Shown: piece after piece, positions 43,151 through 54,673 of the stretch
How positions within the stretch are numbered: the first letter of the stretch is position 1
How the letters are laid out: each line of letters starts with the position of its first letter
Assembly (NCBI GenBank): GCA_041394725.1
Contig: JAWKHR010000018.1
Location: 4,359-68,358 of the forward strand
DNA length: 64,000 nt
Direction: 5' to 3'
Source of the DNA: Vicinamibacterales bacterium
GTDB taxonomy: Bacteria; Acidobacteriota; Vicinamibacteria; Vicinamibacterales; SCN-69-37
Position numbers and translations under genes: made by a program
The notes under the pieces: model-generated
What the model saw: only the letters and a program-made list of their open reading frames with translations
Databases searched by the model: none
What the model was told of the DNA's origin: nothing

Positions 43151-43215
43151 GGTCGTGTGCGGCCCATGGTACTACGGCTCCGCCCCCGGCCGACTCCGGG
43201 GGCGGGCCGGTCGGC

Positions 43216-45645
43216 CTACCGGCCGAGGCCGCGCGCGATGCCGGCGCGCAGCGCCTCGAGCTTCTCCGGCGACCCGGTGAACATGCCCTCCGGGTAGCGC
43301 GCGTAGCTGATCATCCCGGCGTAGATGGGCCCGCTCTCGTAGAGGTTCAGGCCCAGCCCAGCGAGGTACTGCAGGCGCAGGTTGCGGTCGCGGTTGATCG
43401 ACGCGTCCTTCGTCCAGGGCGCCAGGTCGGCGGGCGATCCGGCGTAGTTCGAGAACAGGTCCACCGCGTTGTAGATGCCGATCTCGCGGAGCGACTGCGC
43501 CACCTGGGCGTACTCGGGGCTCTCGAGCTTCGCGTCGATCTCGTCGAGGTCGATGTGGATCGGCTCCACCTGGCCCACGAGCACCAGGTCGTAGCCCTGG
43601 CCGTTGTTGGTGTTGCCGAGGATCATCGAGTTCGGGAACGCCTTGAAGAACGTCGCGATCTCGCTCTTGGCCGCCTCGGTGTTGCTCTCGTAGAGCTGCA
43701 CGAACAGCGTGACCACGCCGCCCGGGTTCAGGTGGCGCTTGGCGACCTCGAAGAACTCCTCGGTGTAGAGCGAGGCCGCGCCCTTGACCCACGGGTCCAG
43801 CGGGTCGGACGTGATCGCGTCGAACATCTGGTCGGTCGTGAGCAGGAAGTGCCTGGCGTCGTCGATGTGGACGGTGACCTTCGGGTTGTCCACGACCTCG
43901 TAGTTGTGCTCACCGAAGTACTTGGAGACCGAGGCCGGCACGAGCGGCTCGATCTCGGCGATCGTCATCGTCTTCACGGCCGGGCCGATCGACACGGCGC
44001 CGGCGGTCACGCCCGCGCCGCAGCCGATGACGAGCGCGTTCGACGGCGCCTTCGGCAGCAGGTGGGTGACGTGGCCGAGCATGCGCTGCAGGCGCATGTC
44101 CTGCGGCTCGCTCGACGCCTGGACCTTGCCGGCGTTGTGGTAGTTGCGCACGCCGTTGGACATCTCGGAGACGGCGACGAACGCGTTGAGGCCCTCACCC
44201 ACGTAGATGATGTTGCTCAGGCCGACCCACGTCGCCGCGTAGCGCCCGTAGGCGACGAGGATGCCCGGCACGGGCGGCACGCTGCGCGAGATCAGCCCGG
44301 CCGCGGCGGTCGCGATCACCAGCACGATGGTCCCCGCCCAGCGCGGGCTGGCCGCCTTGCCGCCCTCGCCCGCGACGACCGGCGCCAGCATGATCAGGCC
44401 GGCCAGCGCCGAGACCACGATCAGCACCATCTGCGACATCTGCGTGCCGAGCGTGACGACCATCAGCAGGCCGCAGCCGAGCGAGCCCACGATCGCGCCG
44501 ACCGTGTTGGCCGCGTAGACCGCGCCGACGAGCCGGCCCGGGTCCTGGCCGCGCTCGGCCACGGCGGCCAGCGCCAGCGGGAAGCTCGCGCCCCAGAGGA
44601 TCGACCCGGGCAGCACCACCCACAGGCACCGCACCATGTCGAGCTGGAAGTTGTACCAGATGCTCGACGTGATCGACGGGTTGATCGGCCAGTACGGCAG
44701 CGAGTCGGTGAGCATGTAGGCCGCCCAGCCGAGCGCGCCGCAGAGTGCCATCTGACACCAGCCGAGCGCCGCGCGCGGGTTGACGTCCGTGCGCGCGATC
44801 GCCGCGCCGAGCGAGCTGCCGATGCCGAGGCCGAAGAGGAAGACGCCCAGGATGAGCGAGAAGGTGTAGACCGTCGCGCCGAAGAGGAGCGACAGCAGCC
44901 GCGTCCAGAGCACCTGCGCGGAGAGCGCCGTGAAGCCCGAGACCGCGATCACGAAGTAGACCGAGCGCGCGCCCGGCGCCGCCACCACGTCCTCGCTGAC
45001 CTCCTCGGGCGGCGTGAACGTGGACCGCGAGGCCACCAGCAGGCCGACGATCGCGACCGTCGCGTTGAGCGCCACCGCGACGAAGGTGGTGAACACCTGG
45101 TCGTGCACCCGCAGCAGGTAGAAGCCCGCGAGCAGGCTGCCGACGACCGCGCCGCCGATGTTGCCGCCGTAGAAGAAGCCCAGCCAGCCGATGCCCTCCG
45201 GCGTCGTCTTCACCCACCGCGACATCGCCGGCAGCGTCGCGCCCATCATCAGCGTGGGCGGCAGCAGGCAGATCGACGCGATGATCGCGCGCAGCACGAT
45301 CGAGCCGTGGCCAATCGAGGTGTAGAGGCCGTTGACGAGCGGCATGCCGAACAGGAGCAGCAGCCCCATCACACCGATCCCCGCCTCGAGGAAGGCGTAG
45401 ACCCGCATGGGGTGGTGCCGCCGGTCGATGTAGCGCGGCAGCAGGTAGCTGCCGAGGCACATGCCGCCCATGAACGTACCGAGCAGCACGCCCAGGGACA
45501 CCGCCGACGAGCCGATCACGAGCTGCAGGAGCTGGAACCAGACGACCTCGTAGATCAGGGCCGCGCACCCGCTGCCCACGAACAGCAGCAGGAGCACGGA
45601 CAGGTACTGATTGGGCGTCTCGGATTGGGCTACACGGTCGTTCAT
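43216..45645 (-). CDS. Fused polytopic membrane (MFS-like) / spermidine-synthase-like protein
   Basis: 809 aa. The N-terminal ~480 aa hold 12 or more hydrophobic helices. The C-terminal Rossmann domain has ALVIGCGAGVTAGAV and FDAITSDPLDPWVKGAASLYTEEFF (spermidine-synthase-type D-x-x-DP motif). Confidence 0.85.
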   Translation of the reverse strand: MNDRVAQSETPNQYLSVLLLLFVGSGCAALIYEVVWFQLLQLVIGSSAVSLGVLLGTFMGGMCLGSYLLPRYIDRRHHPMRVYAFLEAGIGVMGLLLLFGMPLVNGLYTSIGHGSIVLRAIIASICLLPPTLMMGATLPAMSRWVKTTPEGIGWLGFFYGGNIGGAVVGSLLAGFYLLRVHDQVFTTFVAVALNATVAIVGLLVASRSTFTPPEEVSEDVVAAPGARSVYFVIAVSGFTALSAQVLWTRLLSLLFGATVYTFSLILGVFLFGLGIGSSLGAAIARTDVNPRAALGWCQMALCGALGWAAYMLTDSLPYWPINPSITSSIWYNFQLDMVRCLWVVLPGSILWGASFPLALAAVAERGQDPGRLVGAVYAANTVGAIVGSLGCGLLMVVTLGTQMSQMVLIVVSALAGLIMLAPVVAGEGGKAASPRWAGTIVLVIATAAAGLISRSVPPVPGILVAYGRYAATWVGLSNIIYVGEGLNAFVAVSEMSNGVRNYHNAGKVQASSEPQDMRLQRMLGHVTHLLPKAPSNALVIGCGAGVTAGAVSIGPAVKTMTIAEIEPLVPASVSKYFGEHNYEVVDNPKVTVHIDDARHFLLTTDQMFDAITSDPLDPWVKGAASLYTEEFFEVAKRHLNPGGVVTLFVQLYESNTEAAKSEIATFFKAFPNSMILGNTNNGQGYDLVLVGQVEPIHIDLDEIDAKLESPEYAQVAQSLREIGIYNAVDLFSNYAGSPADLAPWTKDASINRDRNLRLQYLAGLGLNLYESGPIYAGMISYARYPEGMFTGSPEKLEALRAGIARGLGR

Positions 45646-45911
45646 AGGTTCGGGAATCCTATACCAGTACTCGCGCCGTCCCCACCGGACGCGCGGGTCT
45701 TCACGGGGCCAGGAAACCAGGGGTGGTTCGGAGGCTGGTCGTGCGGACTTCGCTTCTTACGACGCGCCCGGGGGGTCCGTTCACCGCCGCCGGAACCTGA
45801 CGCGGGTTTGTCACCGACCCCGCCCGGACCGGGCCGGAAGTCGAGCCCGGACGGCCCGTTCCGGAGGGCCAGCCGCCACCGTCCGGGGCCTCCCCCGGGT
45901 CACGGCCCGGG

Positions 45912-46403
45912 TCACCGCCGCGGGCGGATGAGCGCCTTGATCAGCTGGATCTGGCCCGCGTGGTAGAGGTCGTGCGCCGTCACCCCGGCAATCAAGTCGA
46001 GGTTCGTGAAGGCGCTGCCCTGGTTCCGGACCCGGAACCGGCGGGCCGGCAGGGTCGCGACGACATCGCGCAGGCGCCGGTGCTCGGCCGAGAGCAGCGC
46101 CAGATCCCGGCGCCACGCCGCCATCGTCCGCACCTCCGGCCGGGGGAAGAAGTTGGACCCGGCCAGGGGGAACGACCCGCGCTTCTCGCCCGTCAGCCGC
46201 CGCCGCACCGCGTACTTCCAGTAGGCGCAGTGGACGACCAGCTCCCAGATGTTGTGGCGGCCGGCCGCCGGCCGGCGCGACAGGTCGGCGAGCGTGAGGC
46301 CGCGAATCGCGCCCCGCAGGTTCGTGCCGTGCCAGGAGCGGCGATTGTAGGCCTGGTCCAGGGCGTCGAGCAGGTGCGCGCGCAGGTCGGAGGCGGGGCT
46401 CAT
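45912..46403 (-). CDS. DinB-family (DinB_2-like) four-helix-bundle protein
   Basis: 163 aa. Has WHGTNLRGAIRGLT..., ELVVHCAYWKY and VTAHDLYHAGQIQLI (His-rich metal triad pattern of the DinB superfamily). Confidence 0.7.
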   Translation of the reverse strand: MSPASDLRAHLLDALDQAYNRRSWHGTNLRGAIRGLTLADLSRRPAAGRHNIWELVVHCAYWKYAVRRRLTGEKRGSFPLAGSNFFPRPEVRTMAAWRRDLALLSAEHRRLRDVVATLPARRFRVRNQGSAFTNLDLIAGVTAHDLYHAGQIQLIKALIRPRR

Positions 46404-46414
46404 GCGGGGCTCCC

Positions 46415-48553
<2,139 letters not shown>

Positions 48554-48568
48554 GGCCCTGAAACCAGC

Positions 48569-50767
48569 CTACCGTCTCGGCTCGCGCGCAGGCAAGGCAG
48601 CCGCCTCGGCACCGGGGGACGGCAGGCCTGGCGGCCGCACGCGGAAGCGCAGGTGCCGTTCGGCCGCGGATCCGTTCGCGCGCCGCAGCACCAGATCGAA
48701 GACCCCAGGTCCGAGCGCGGCCGTCGCGACGTCGAGGCGAATCCCCGCCGCGGCCGCGGGGCCGGCGGGCGGGACGGCACGGACCGGCGGCGTCGCTCGC
48801 GCGGCGCCGGTGGCATCGAGGACCGTCGCAGTCCAGTCGCCTGCCGGTCCACCCGCTTCGCTGGCCATCACCACGGCGACGCGGCTGCCGAGCGGAAACT
48901 CCCGCGCGGCGGTCGGCGGCGCCCCCGCCAGCGCCAGCATGGCGGGCGCCTGGCCGGTCGTCGGCAGCGGCGCGCCGTCGAGCCGGACGAGCAGGACGGC
49001 GCCCGCCGCGCTCCGATCGCGGGCGTGCGTGTCGACGTCGAGCCACGCGCTGCCGCCCGACCCGCCGACCCGTTCGGTGGCCGCGGCCCGGACCTGATAC
49101 CGGCCCGGCGGCAGCGTGACCTCGGCGACGTACCGCAGTCCGCTGCCGATGGCCGCCCGCTCGGCGGCGGGCAGCCGCAGATGCGCCCGCGCGCCGTTGC
49201 CCGCCGGCACGCGCCCCTGGTCGTCGACGACCTGGAACGCCAGCTCGAGGTCGTTCTCGATGACGCCATCCGCCTCGGCGAACGCGAGGTCCGCGGTGTC
49301 GAGTTCAATGACCAGGCCGACGGTCGCGCGCTCGTCCTGCCAGCCGACGATGCCGCCGGAGACGCGCAGGCCGAGACCGCGCGCGGGCAGCGCGCTGGCG
49401 AGCAGCGCGCCCAGCCGGTCGCTCAGCGGCCGCCCGGCGCCGTCGGCGACCACCGGACGATCGCCTCCCGCGGGCGTGCGATCGCCCGCGCCCGGTGGCG
49501 CATCGGCCGGCGGCGCATCCGGCGTCGCGAAGTAGCCCTCGCGCGCGCTCACCGTCACGCCGGGTCGGTTGACGCGGACGCGGATCTTCCGGAACGTGCC
49601 GTCGCGCTGCGCGTTGGTCGGCGCGTAGCCCAGCAGGTAATAGGTGCTGTTGGACTGGACGATGGCGTCGAACCCGCGCGAGAAGTTGGTGGTGTTCACG
49701 ACCGCGACGCCGCCGGTCTGCTGCGCGAACGTTCGCAGCGTGCCCTGGCTGCGCTGGACCTCCTGCTGGATGTCCACGCCCGCCGGCGAGCTCCCGAACG
49801 CCTGCATCAGGTCGTCCTCGCCGGTGGTGGTGCCGCGCGGGTCCACCGTGTAGAGCGCGACGTTCGACCGGCGCGCGGCGTCGTAGAGCGCCTGCTGCGC
49901 GCGCAGGAGGTCCTCGGCATACCGGGACGCCGTGTGCGTCGGGATCGCGCCGAACCCCGTCGTCCGCGAGTCGGCGCCGATGAGATCGGTCATGTCGAGC
50001 TCGATGCCCTCGGAGAACAGCACGACCGCGCGCCGGCGGCTCGCGCTGTCGCCGAGCGCGGCGCAGACCTGGCGGAGCGTCTCGAACAGGAGCCGCGCGT
50101 CGTTGGCCTTGACGCCGGCCTCGAAGTCGTCGGCCGGGCCGTCGTTCGCCGCCCGGAACGACGAGACCATCTTGTTCAGCGTCGCCGACTGGCTCTTGCT
50201 CCCGACGAACTCGTCCACCGACGCCAGCACCTTCGCCTGGTCGTGCGTGAACTCGTGACGCCCGGCGGCGGACGCCGACCCGAGCGTCAGCACCGCGACG
50301 AGATCCCTGGGCGTGAGGTGTTCGGCCACGAACTCGCGGACCAGCCGCCTGACGACGGTGGACCGCAGCGGGCTCACGTGGAGGCCGTCGAGCACGATGA
50401 CGTAGACCCGTCCCTCGCCCACCGCCTCGTTCGTCCCGACGTCCACCGGCACGAACGCCTCGACAGGCTCGGCGGAGCCGCCTCGATTGCCGCCGGATTC
50501 CGGATTCCGGGCGGGCCTCAGATCCACAAAGCTGAACTGCTCGAGCGTCTGCGGGGCATCGTCCTCGCGCACCTCGAAGTCCTCGCGCGTGAGGTCGGTG
50601 ACCGGCCGTCCGTCCTTGTCGAAGACGGTGACCGCCAGCTCGACGAGATCGGCGGCGGCCCGGAAGACCGGACGCTGCGGCGGCGTCTGGGAGGTGGCGG
50701 AGGGCGCGGCCGGGCCGAGCGCCACTGCGCCGGCGAGGGCGGCCAGCAGGGGCCGAAGACCTGTCAT
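48569..50767 (-). CDS. Acidobacteria-type VWA-domain protein
   Basis: ORF 48569..50851. ATG 50767 gives the signal peptide MTGLRPLLAALAGAVALGPAAPSATS. Then FRAAADLVELAVTVFDKDGRPVTDLTREDFEVREDDAPQ and the VWA-like core RVYVIVLDGLHVS. Confidence 0.8.
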   Translation of the reverse strand: MTGLRPLLAALAGAVALGPAAPSATSQTPPQRPVFRAAADLVELAVTVFDKDGRPVTDLTREDFEVREDDAPQTLEQFSFVDLRPARNPESGGNRGGSAEPVEAFVPVDVGTNEAVGEGRVYVIVLDGLHVSPLRSTVVRRLVREFVAEHLTPRDLVAVLTLGSASAAGRHEFTHDQAKVLASVDEFVGSKSQSATLNKMVSSFRAANDGPADDFEAGVKANDARLLFETLRQVCAALGDSASRRRAVVLFSEGIELDMTDLIGADSRTTGFGAIPTHTASRYAEDLLRAQQALYDAARRSNVALYTVDPRGTTTGEDDLMQAFGSSPAGVDIQQEVQRSQGTLRTFAQQTGGVAVVNTTNFSRGFDAIVQSNSTYYLLGYAPTNAQRDGTFRKIRVRVNRPGVTVSAREGYFATPDAPPADAPPGAGDRTPAGGDRPVVADGAGRPLSDRLGALLASALPARGLGLRVSGGIVGWQDERATVGLVIELDTADLAFAEADGVIENDLELAFQVVDDQGRVPAGNGARAHLRLPAAERAAIGSGLRYVAEVTLPPGRYQVRAAATERVGGSGGSAWLDVDTHARDRSAAGAVLLVRLDGAPLPTTGQAPAMLALAGAPPTAAREFPLGSRVAVVMASEAGGPAGDWTATVLDATGAARATPPVRAVPPAGPAAAAGIRLDVATAALGPGVFDLVLRRANGSAAERHLRFRVRPPGLPSPGAEAAALPAREPRR

Positions 50768-50964
50768 TCGGCGACGGGACGGACTGCCGTTCCCGTCGTT
50801 CCCGTGAGGTCTGCCTTGCTGGTTCGGTCGAACAAGCCGGTCGTCAGCCATGCGTGGCCCATGACAGGCAGGGGTGGCGCCATCAGCGTGTCGGCCCGGC
50901 GAGGGAAAGTCAAGCGCGCGGCTGCCGGACCGCGAAGCGCCCGGTCAGGCGGCGGCCGCGCGGC

Positions 50965-52026
50965 TCATCGCCGTGGGCCGCGGATGTCCGACAGCGTGCA
51001 GGTGACCGACCGGCCGACCACGGACCGGTCGCTCGTGCTGAAGACGACCTCGATGGGATCGAAGTCCGGATCGCGATTGTCGGGCGCCCGCGCGTACACG
51101 ATGGCGGCCGCCTGGACGGCGCGCTCGGGACGGCCGGTTCCCGGACAACCGTCACCGGACTCGAAGTCGCGCGGGTCATCCGTGTGGTAGAAGCCCATGG
51201 CGTGGACGATCTCGTGGTCGGCCGCCATGATCGTCACGGACCCGCAGCGTCGAAAGTCGAGGTCACCTCGCGCGTCCAGCTCCGGGGAATACAGCAGCTC
51301 GATGTGTCGCCGTCCCTGGGTCGCACCGATCCTGATGCCCGTCGCCTGATCCGTCTGCAGGGACGATCGGAACTCGACGTTGAGCCAGCCTGGCGTCAAC
51401 GGGCGCTGGACGTCGCCGACTTCCGTGGCCACGACCTTGAACTGGTTGCCGGTCAGTTCGGGCACGCTGGCCCGAATGACTCTCGCGACCTCCTCGACGA
51501 TGGGCTCGGGCACGACGGTTCCCGAATCGGTCGTAATCCGGTCGATGTAGACGTGCGGATCCTCGACCCACCTGGACAGGTCGAACAGGAATCCCGGACT
51601 CTCATAGCCGTTCCGGGCGAATTGACGATAGAAGTCGAGCAGTGTCGCCGGGATCACGTCGAACGTCACGCCGGTCCGCTCGTCGGCGAACTGGATTCGC
51701 GTCTGGCGGGTGACGATGGCCTCGCCGCTGATCGTGACGCGACCCGTGAGGTCGACGGGCATGCCCGCCAGCGAAAACCGGCCGGCCGTGTCCGTCGTCG
51801 CCGACTGGCCCTCGACCGCCAGCGTCGCGCCGGCGACCGGCGTGCCGGTCAGCGTGTGCACCACGAGCCCGGCGATCGTGCCGGTCCCGGTTCTGGGGGT
51901 CGAGGGCGTCGTCGGGCCGTCAGGCCTGGTCGTGCCGCCAGAGCACGCCCAGAGCGGCGCGACCAGGACGAGGAGGGCGCAGACACGACGGCGTCGCGGG
52001 TCGGGCCGCGAGTTGTTGATCAGCAT
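50965..52026 (-). CDS. Lipoprotein with carboxypeptidase-regulatory-like domain and metzincin-type HExxHxxGxxH motif
   Basis: ORF 50965..52092. ATG 52026 gives MLINNSRPDPRRRRVCALLVLVAPLWAC|SGG (lipobox-like). Has GTIAGLVVHTLTGTPVAGATLAVEGQSATTDTAGRFSL (CarboxypepD_reg-like) and AADHEIVHAMGFYHTDD. Confidence 0.75.
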   Translation of the reverse strand: MLINNSRPDPRRRRVCALLVLVAPLWACSGGTTRPDGPTTPSTPRTGTGTIAGLVVHTLTGTPVAGATLAVEGQSATTDTAGRFSLAGMPVDLTGRVTISGEAIVTRQTRIQFADERTGVTFDVIPATLLDFYRQFARNGYESPGFLFDLSRWVEDPHVYIDRITTDSGTVVPEPIVEEVARVIRASVPELTGNQFKVVATEVGDVQRPLTPGWLNVEFRSSLQTDQATGIRIGATQGRRHIELLYSPELDARGDLDFRRCGSVTIMAADHEIVHAMGFYHTDDPRDFESGDGCPGTGRPERAVQAAAIVYARAPDNRDPDFDPIEVVFSTSDRSVVGRSVTCTLSDIRGPRR

Positions 52027-52101
52027 CGCGGCATCGAAACGCCTTGTGGAGCAGGCGCATGGAGACCGAGGAGCGCCAACCTGGCAGGACAAAGGGCGCC
52101 A

Positions 52102-53174
52102 TCAGCGGTGGGCCGGATGGATGAGCGACACGACATCCACCGGGCAGGTGACCAGTTCGTCATCGGCGGCAGTGGACGCGGCCGAATAGCCGACCGGGTC
52201 CGCGTCAGGGTCTCGGTTGCCATAGGGCCGCGTGTACACCAAGGCGGCATGATGGCGAACTCGTTCAGGTCGGCCGGCGCCGGGACACCCGTGGCCGGAG
52301 TGAAAATCCCTGAACGTGTCGTCCGTGTGCCGAAACCCCATCATGTGAACGATCTCGTGATCGGCCACGGACACCGTGAACGACTCGCAATGCAGTGGAT
52401 TGTACTGGCCCTCCCGGTCGATGAGCGGGTCGTATCGGAGTTGAATGAGCCTGGCGCCCTCGGGGCCAACCGTGGAACTCCCCGCTAGACCCGGTTCCAT
52501 GTCGTGCCGGAAGGTGACACTGACCCATCCCTCACGGTGCACAGCCGGTTGAGCGCCGGTCTCGAATGCCGCCACCGCGAGCCTGCCGCCGGTCAGTTCG
52601 GGAACCGCCCGCTCGAAGACACGCTTCACGCCGTCGATCACGAACGCAGCGACTGGTTCGCCGGTGTCTTCGGTGACGGTTCGTACGTAGAAGCTCGGGG
52701 AGACGGTCCAGGGCTTGAGAGTCCGGAGCGGACCCTCGTAGCCCCCTCGCGCGAACTGGCGATAGAAGTCGAGCGAGAACGGCGGCGCCAGGGAGATGGC
52801 ATCGATGCGCAGGCCATCGCGGCGTCCTCCCCCGACCAGGCCGGTGATGCGTTCGAGGTGCCCTGGAGCTGTCACGGTCAGCGCCATCCAGGTGGCAGGC
52901 ACCCCCTCGAACGCGAAGGCGCCTGAGGCGCCGGTCACGACGGTCCTCTCGGCACCTGGCCCCGTGCCTCCTGCCGTTGCGAGCGTCGCGACAGCGCCTG
53001 CGATTAACGGAAGTCAGGCTGCTCTCTACACCGTTCCGGAAAGCGACGATGGCCCCGAGCAGGCCAGGTGCATGCGGCGTGGGTGAGCTGCAGCTGCGAC
53101 GGCACGCCGCAGGCCGGAAGTGCGAGTGCCGGCAGTACCAGCGCAACGCCGGTCATCCCGGACCGACCTCTCAT
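52102..53174 (-). pseudogene. Paralogous HExxHxxGxxH lipoprotein; signal peptide out of frame with the body
   Basis: The body, ORF 52102..52938 (GTG), is a paralog of the preceding gene (LDFYRQFARGGYEGP..., VADHEIVHMMGFRHTDD). A lipoprotein signal (MRGRSGMTGVALVLPALALPAC|G, from ATG 53174) lies upstream in another frame and ends at TAA 53004. The body frame has TAG/TGA stops just upstream of 52990. Confidence 0.55.
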
Positions 53175-53311
53175 GGTGCCCATCGTCGCCGGCTCCGTTT
53201 CAGACGTTCGGATCCTGCGCGAACGTCTGGCGGGCGCCGGACACGTCCGGACAGGTCGCGTTGGTCGCGTTCCAGCCAGGTCACGGCCTGCGCCGTCACC
53301 ATCTGCAGCGG

Positions 53312-53653
53312 TCACCCTCGCCAGGGCCAGGGAATCCGGCGACGAGGAGCAATGCGGTGCTTCCGTCGCAGGTGGCGGCGCGACTCAACGTCATCCACCC
53401 GTCCGGCCCGAGGCCGGTCCTCGACGAACGCCCGCGAGTCCGGCCGGACCCGGTTCTCCGCGTTCACGATCCACAGCGCGTGTTTCCTGATTCCCACCTG
53501 GAAGCCCTGCCGAGCGTAGCGGTCGAGCATTCTGCCGTGGGCGTCGAACTGTCCGTCGAGCATAGTTCTGCCTCGGGGACGTCCTCCCGCGCGTTGCAGC
53601 GCGTCAAGCAGCGCTTCTGATTCGGCCGTCCGTGTCCTTCGTCTCTGGAGCAC
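53312..53653 (-). pseudogene. GNAT (RimJ/RimL-like) N-acetyltransferase remnant, 5'-truncated
   Basis: The segment TAESEALLDALQRAGGRPRGRTMLDGQFDAHGRMLDRYARQGFQVGIRKHALWIVNAENRVRPDSRAFVED resembles the C-terminal half of Acetyltransf_3-type GNATs (ATEA..ALL..AF...R....N.A..R.LE+.GF..EG.LR...W..G...D). Only about 100 nt separate it from the upstream gene, so the N-terminal half is missing. Confidence 0.4.
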
Positions 53654-53759
53654 TGAGTACGCGCCCGCACTTCCCGCAGCATCGTGGCCGGTGACTGCCC
53701 CGGCAGATCAGACGCCCGCGCGGACGCGGCGCCGGGACCGGAACAGAAGCATCGCGAGG

Positions 53760-54564
53760 TTAACACGACGAGCATCGCCGCTCCCACTGACAGTAGTTCG
53801 GCTCCACGCAGCCGGACGAGAACGTCCAGACGCATCGGCCGATGGCAGGCTCACAGCATTTCTGTTGGGGTAGCCGTTGATCGTCTTCGCCTGCAATCGA
53901 TGTCACCGCCGCACGTGGGCGCGTCCGGACAGATCGATTGGCTTGGAACTGTGCAGTGACCCTCCAATGGACTGTCGGAGACGCGCCACGTCGTTGCTGC
54001 AGCAAGTCCCGAGCTCCCTGGCATACCTCCGCAGGCAGGGGGATCTCCAACCTCCGGAGACTCAGGGACGCAGCAGTGACCAGGCGAGCAGATTTCTGCC
54101 ACTTCCACACTGGCCGTTCGTCTGACACCGAGCATTCTCCACGGCGCGGAGCTGCAGTCGTCTTCACAACAACTCCCTGACGCAGACTCCCACGGGTGCT
54201 GGCACACCCCATCTCCGCAGTGCCCACAATCGTAGATGCACTCCCTGAAGGTCCTCGCCGATCTCCGGCGAACAGTACGTGTCTCCGCAGTACCCGCAGT
54301 CTTCCGGGCAGTTGCCGCCGTCCTCCAGGCATCCGTCGCCCGGCGTTTCGTTACCTCCGGAAACCGCAGCCCTCCTCCCAGCAGGTCCCGTCTCCGCTAC
54401 GCGGTCCGGCCCGCGGCGGCCGCCGCCGCCGGCGCACCGGCGAACGCCAACGACGGCCAAGGCCCGTTCTTCCGGCGGCGGTGCCTGGTGGTCGCAGGCT
54501 CATGTGACAGAAACGCGACCACCAGCAGCGCCGCGTATCTCACGTTCGTCATCGTCTTCTCCAT
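53760..54564 (-). pseudogene. Secreted cysteine-rich protein with CxxDCGxCGDxxC repeats; at least 3 frameshifts
   Basis: ATG 54564 follows GGGAGGTGGG and gives the signal-like MEKTMTNVRYAALLVVAFLS. Cys-rich segments follow in three frames: GGNETPGDGCLEDGGNCPEDCGYCGDTYCSPEIGEDL; ECIYDCGHCGDGVCQHPWESASGSCCEDDC...ICSPGHCCVPES...CPDAPTCGGDIDC; and ...QQKCCEPAIGRCVWTFSSGCVEPNYCQWERRCSSC* (stop at 53760). Confidence 0.55.
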
Positions 54565-54673
54565 CCCACCTCCCGGCACGATCTCGCTTCCCGCCGGAGT
54601 CGCGGCCGGCCCTGTTCCGGCGACACGCCGCGGGCCGGGTCTCCCGGGACGAGGCAGTCCGCACCATCGCGGT

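Noticed and set aside
43144-45966. 940-aa plus-strand ORF
   Set aside because: It is antisense to the fused membrane/spermidine-synthase gene, whose TM pattern and SpeE motifs are clear.
53120-53620. Plus-strand ORFs 52977..53519, 53068..53490 and 53120..53620
   Set aside because: They have no motifs and are Arg/Ser/Pro-rich. The minus strand carries the recognisable lipoprotein signal and the GNAT-like fragment.
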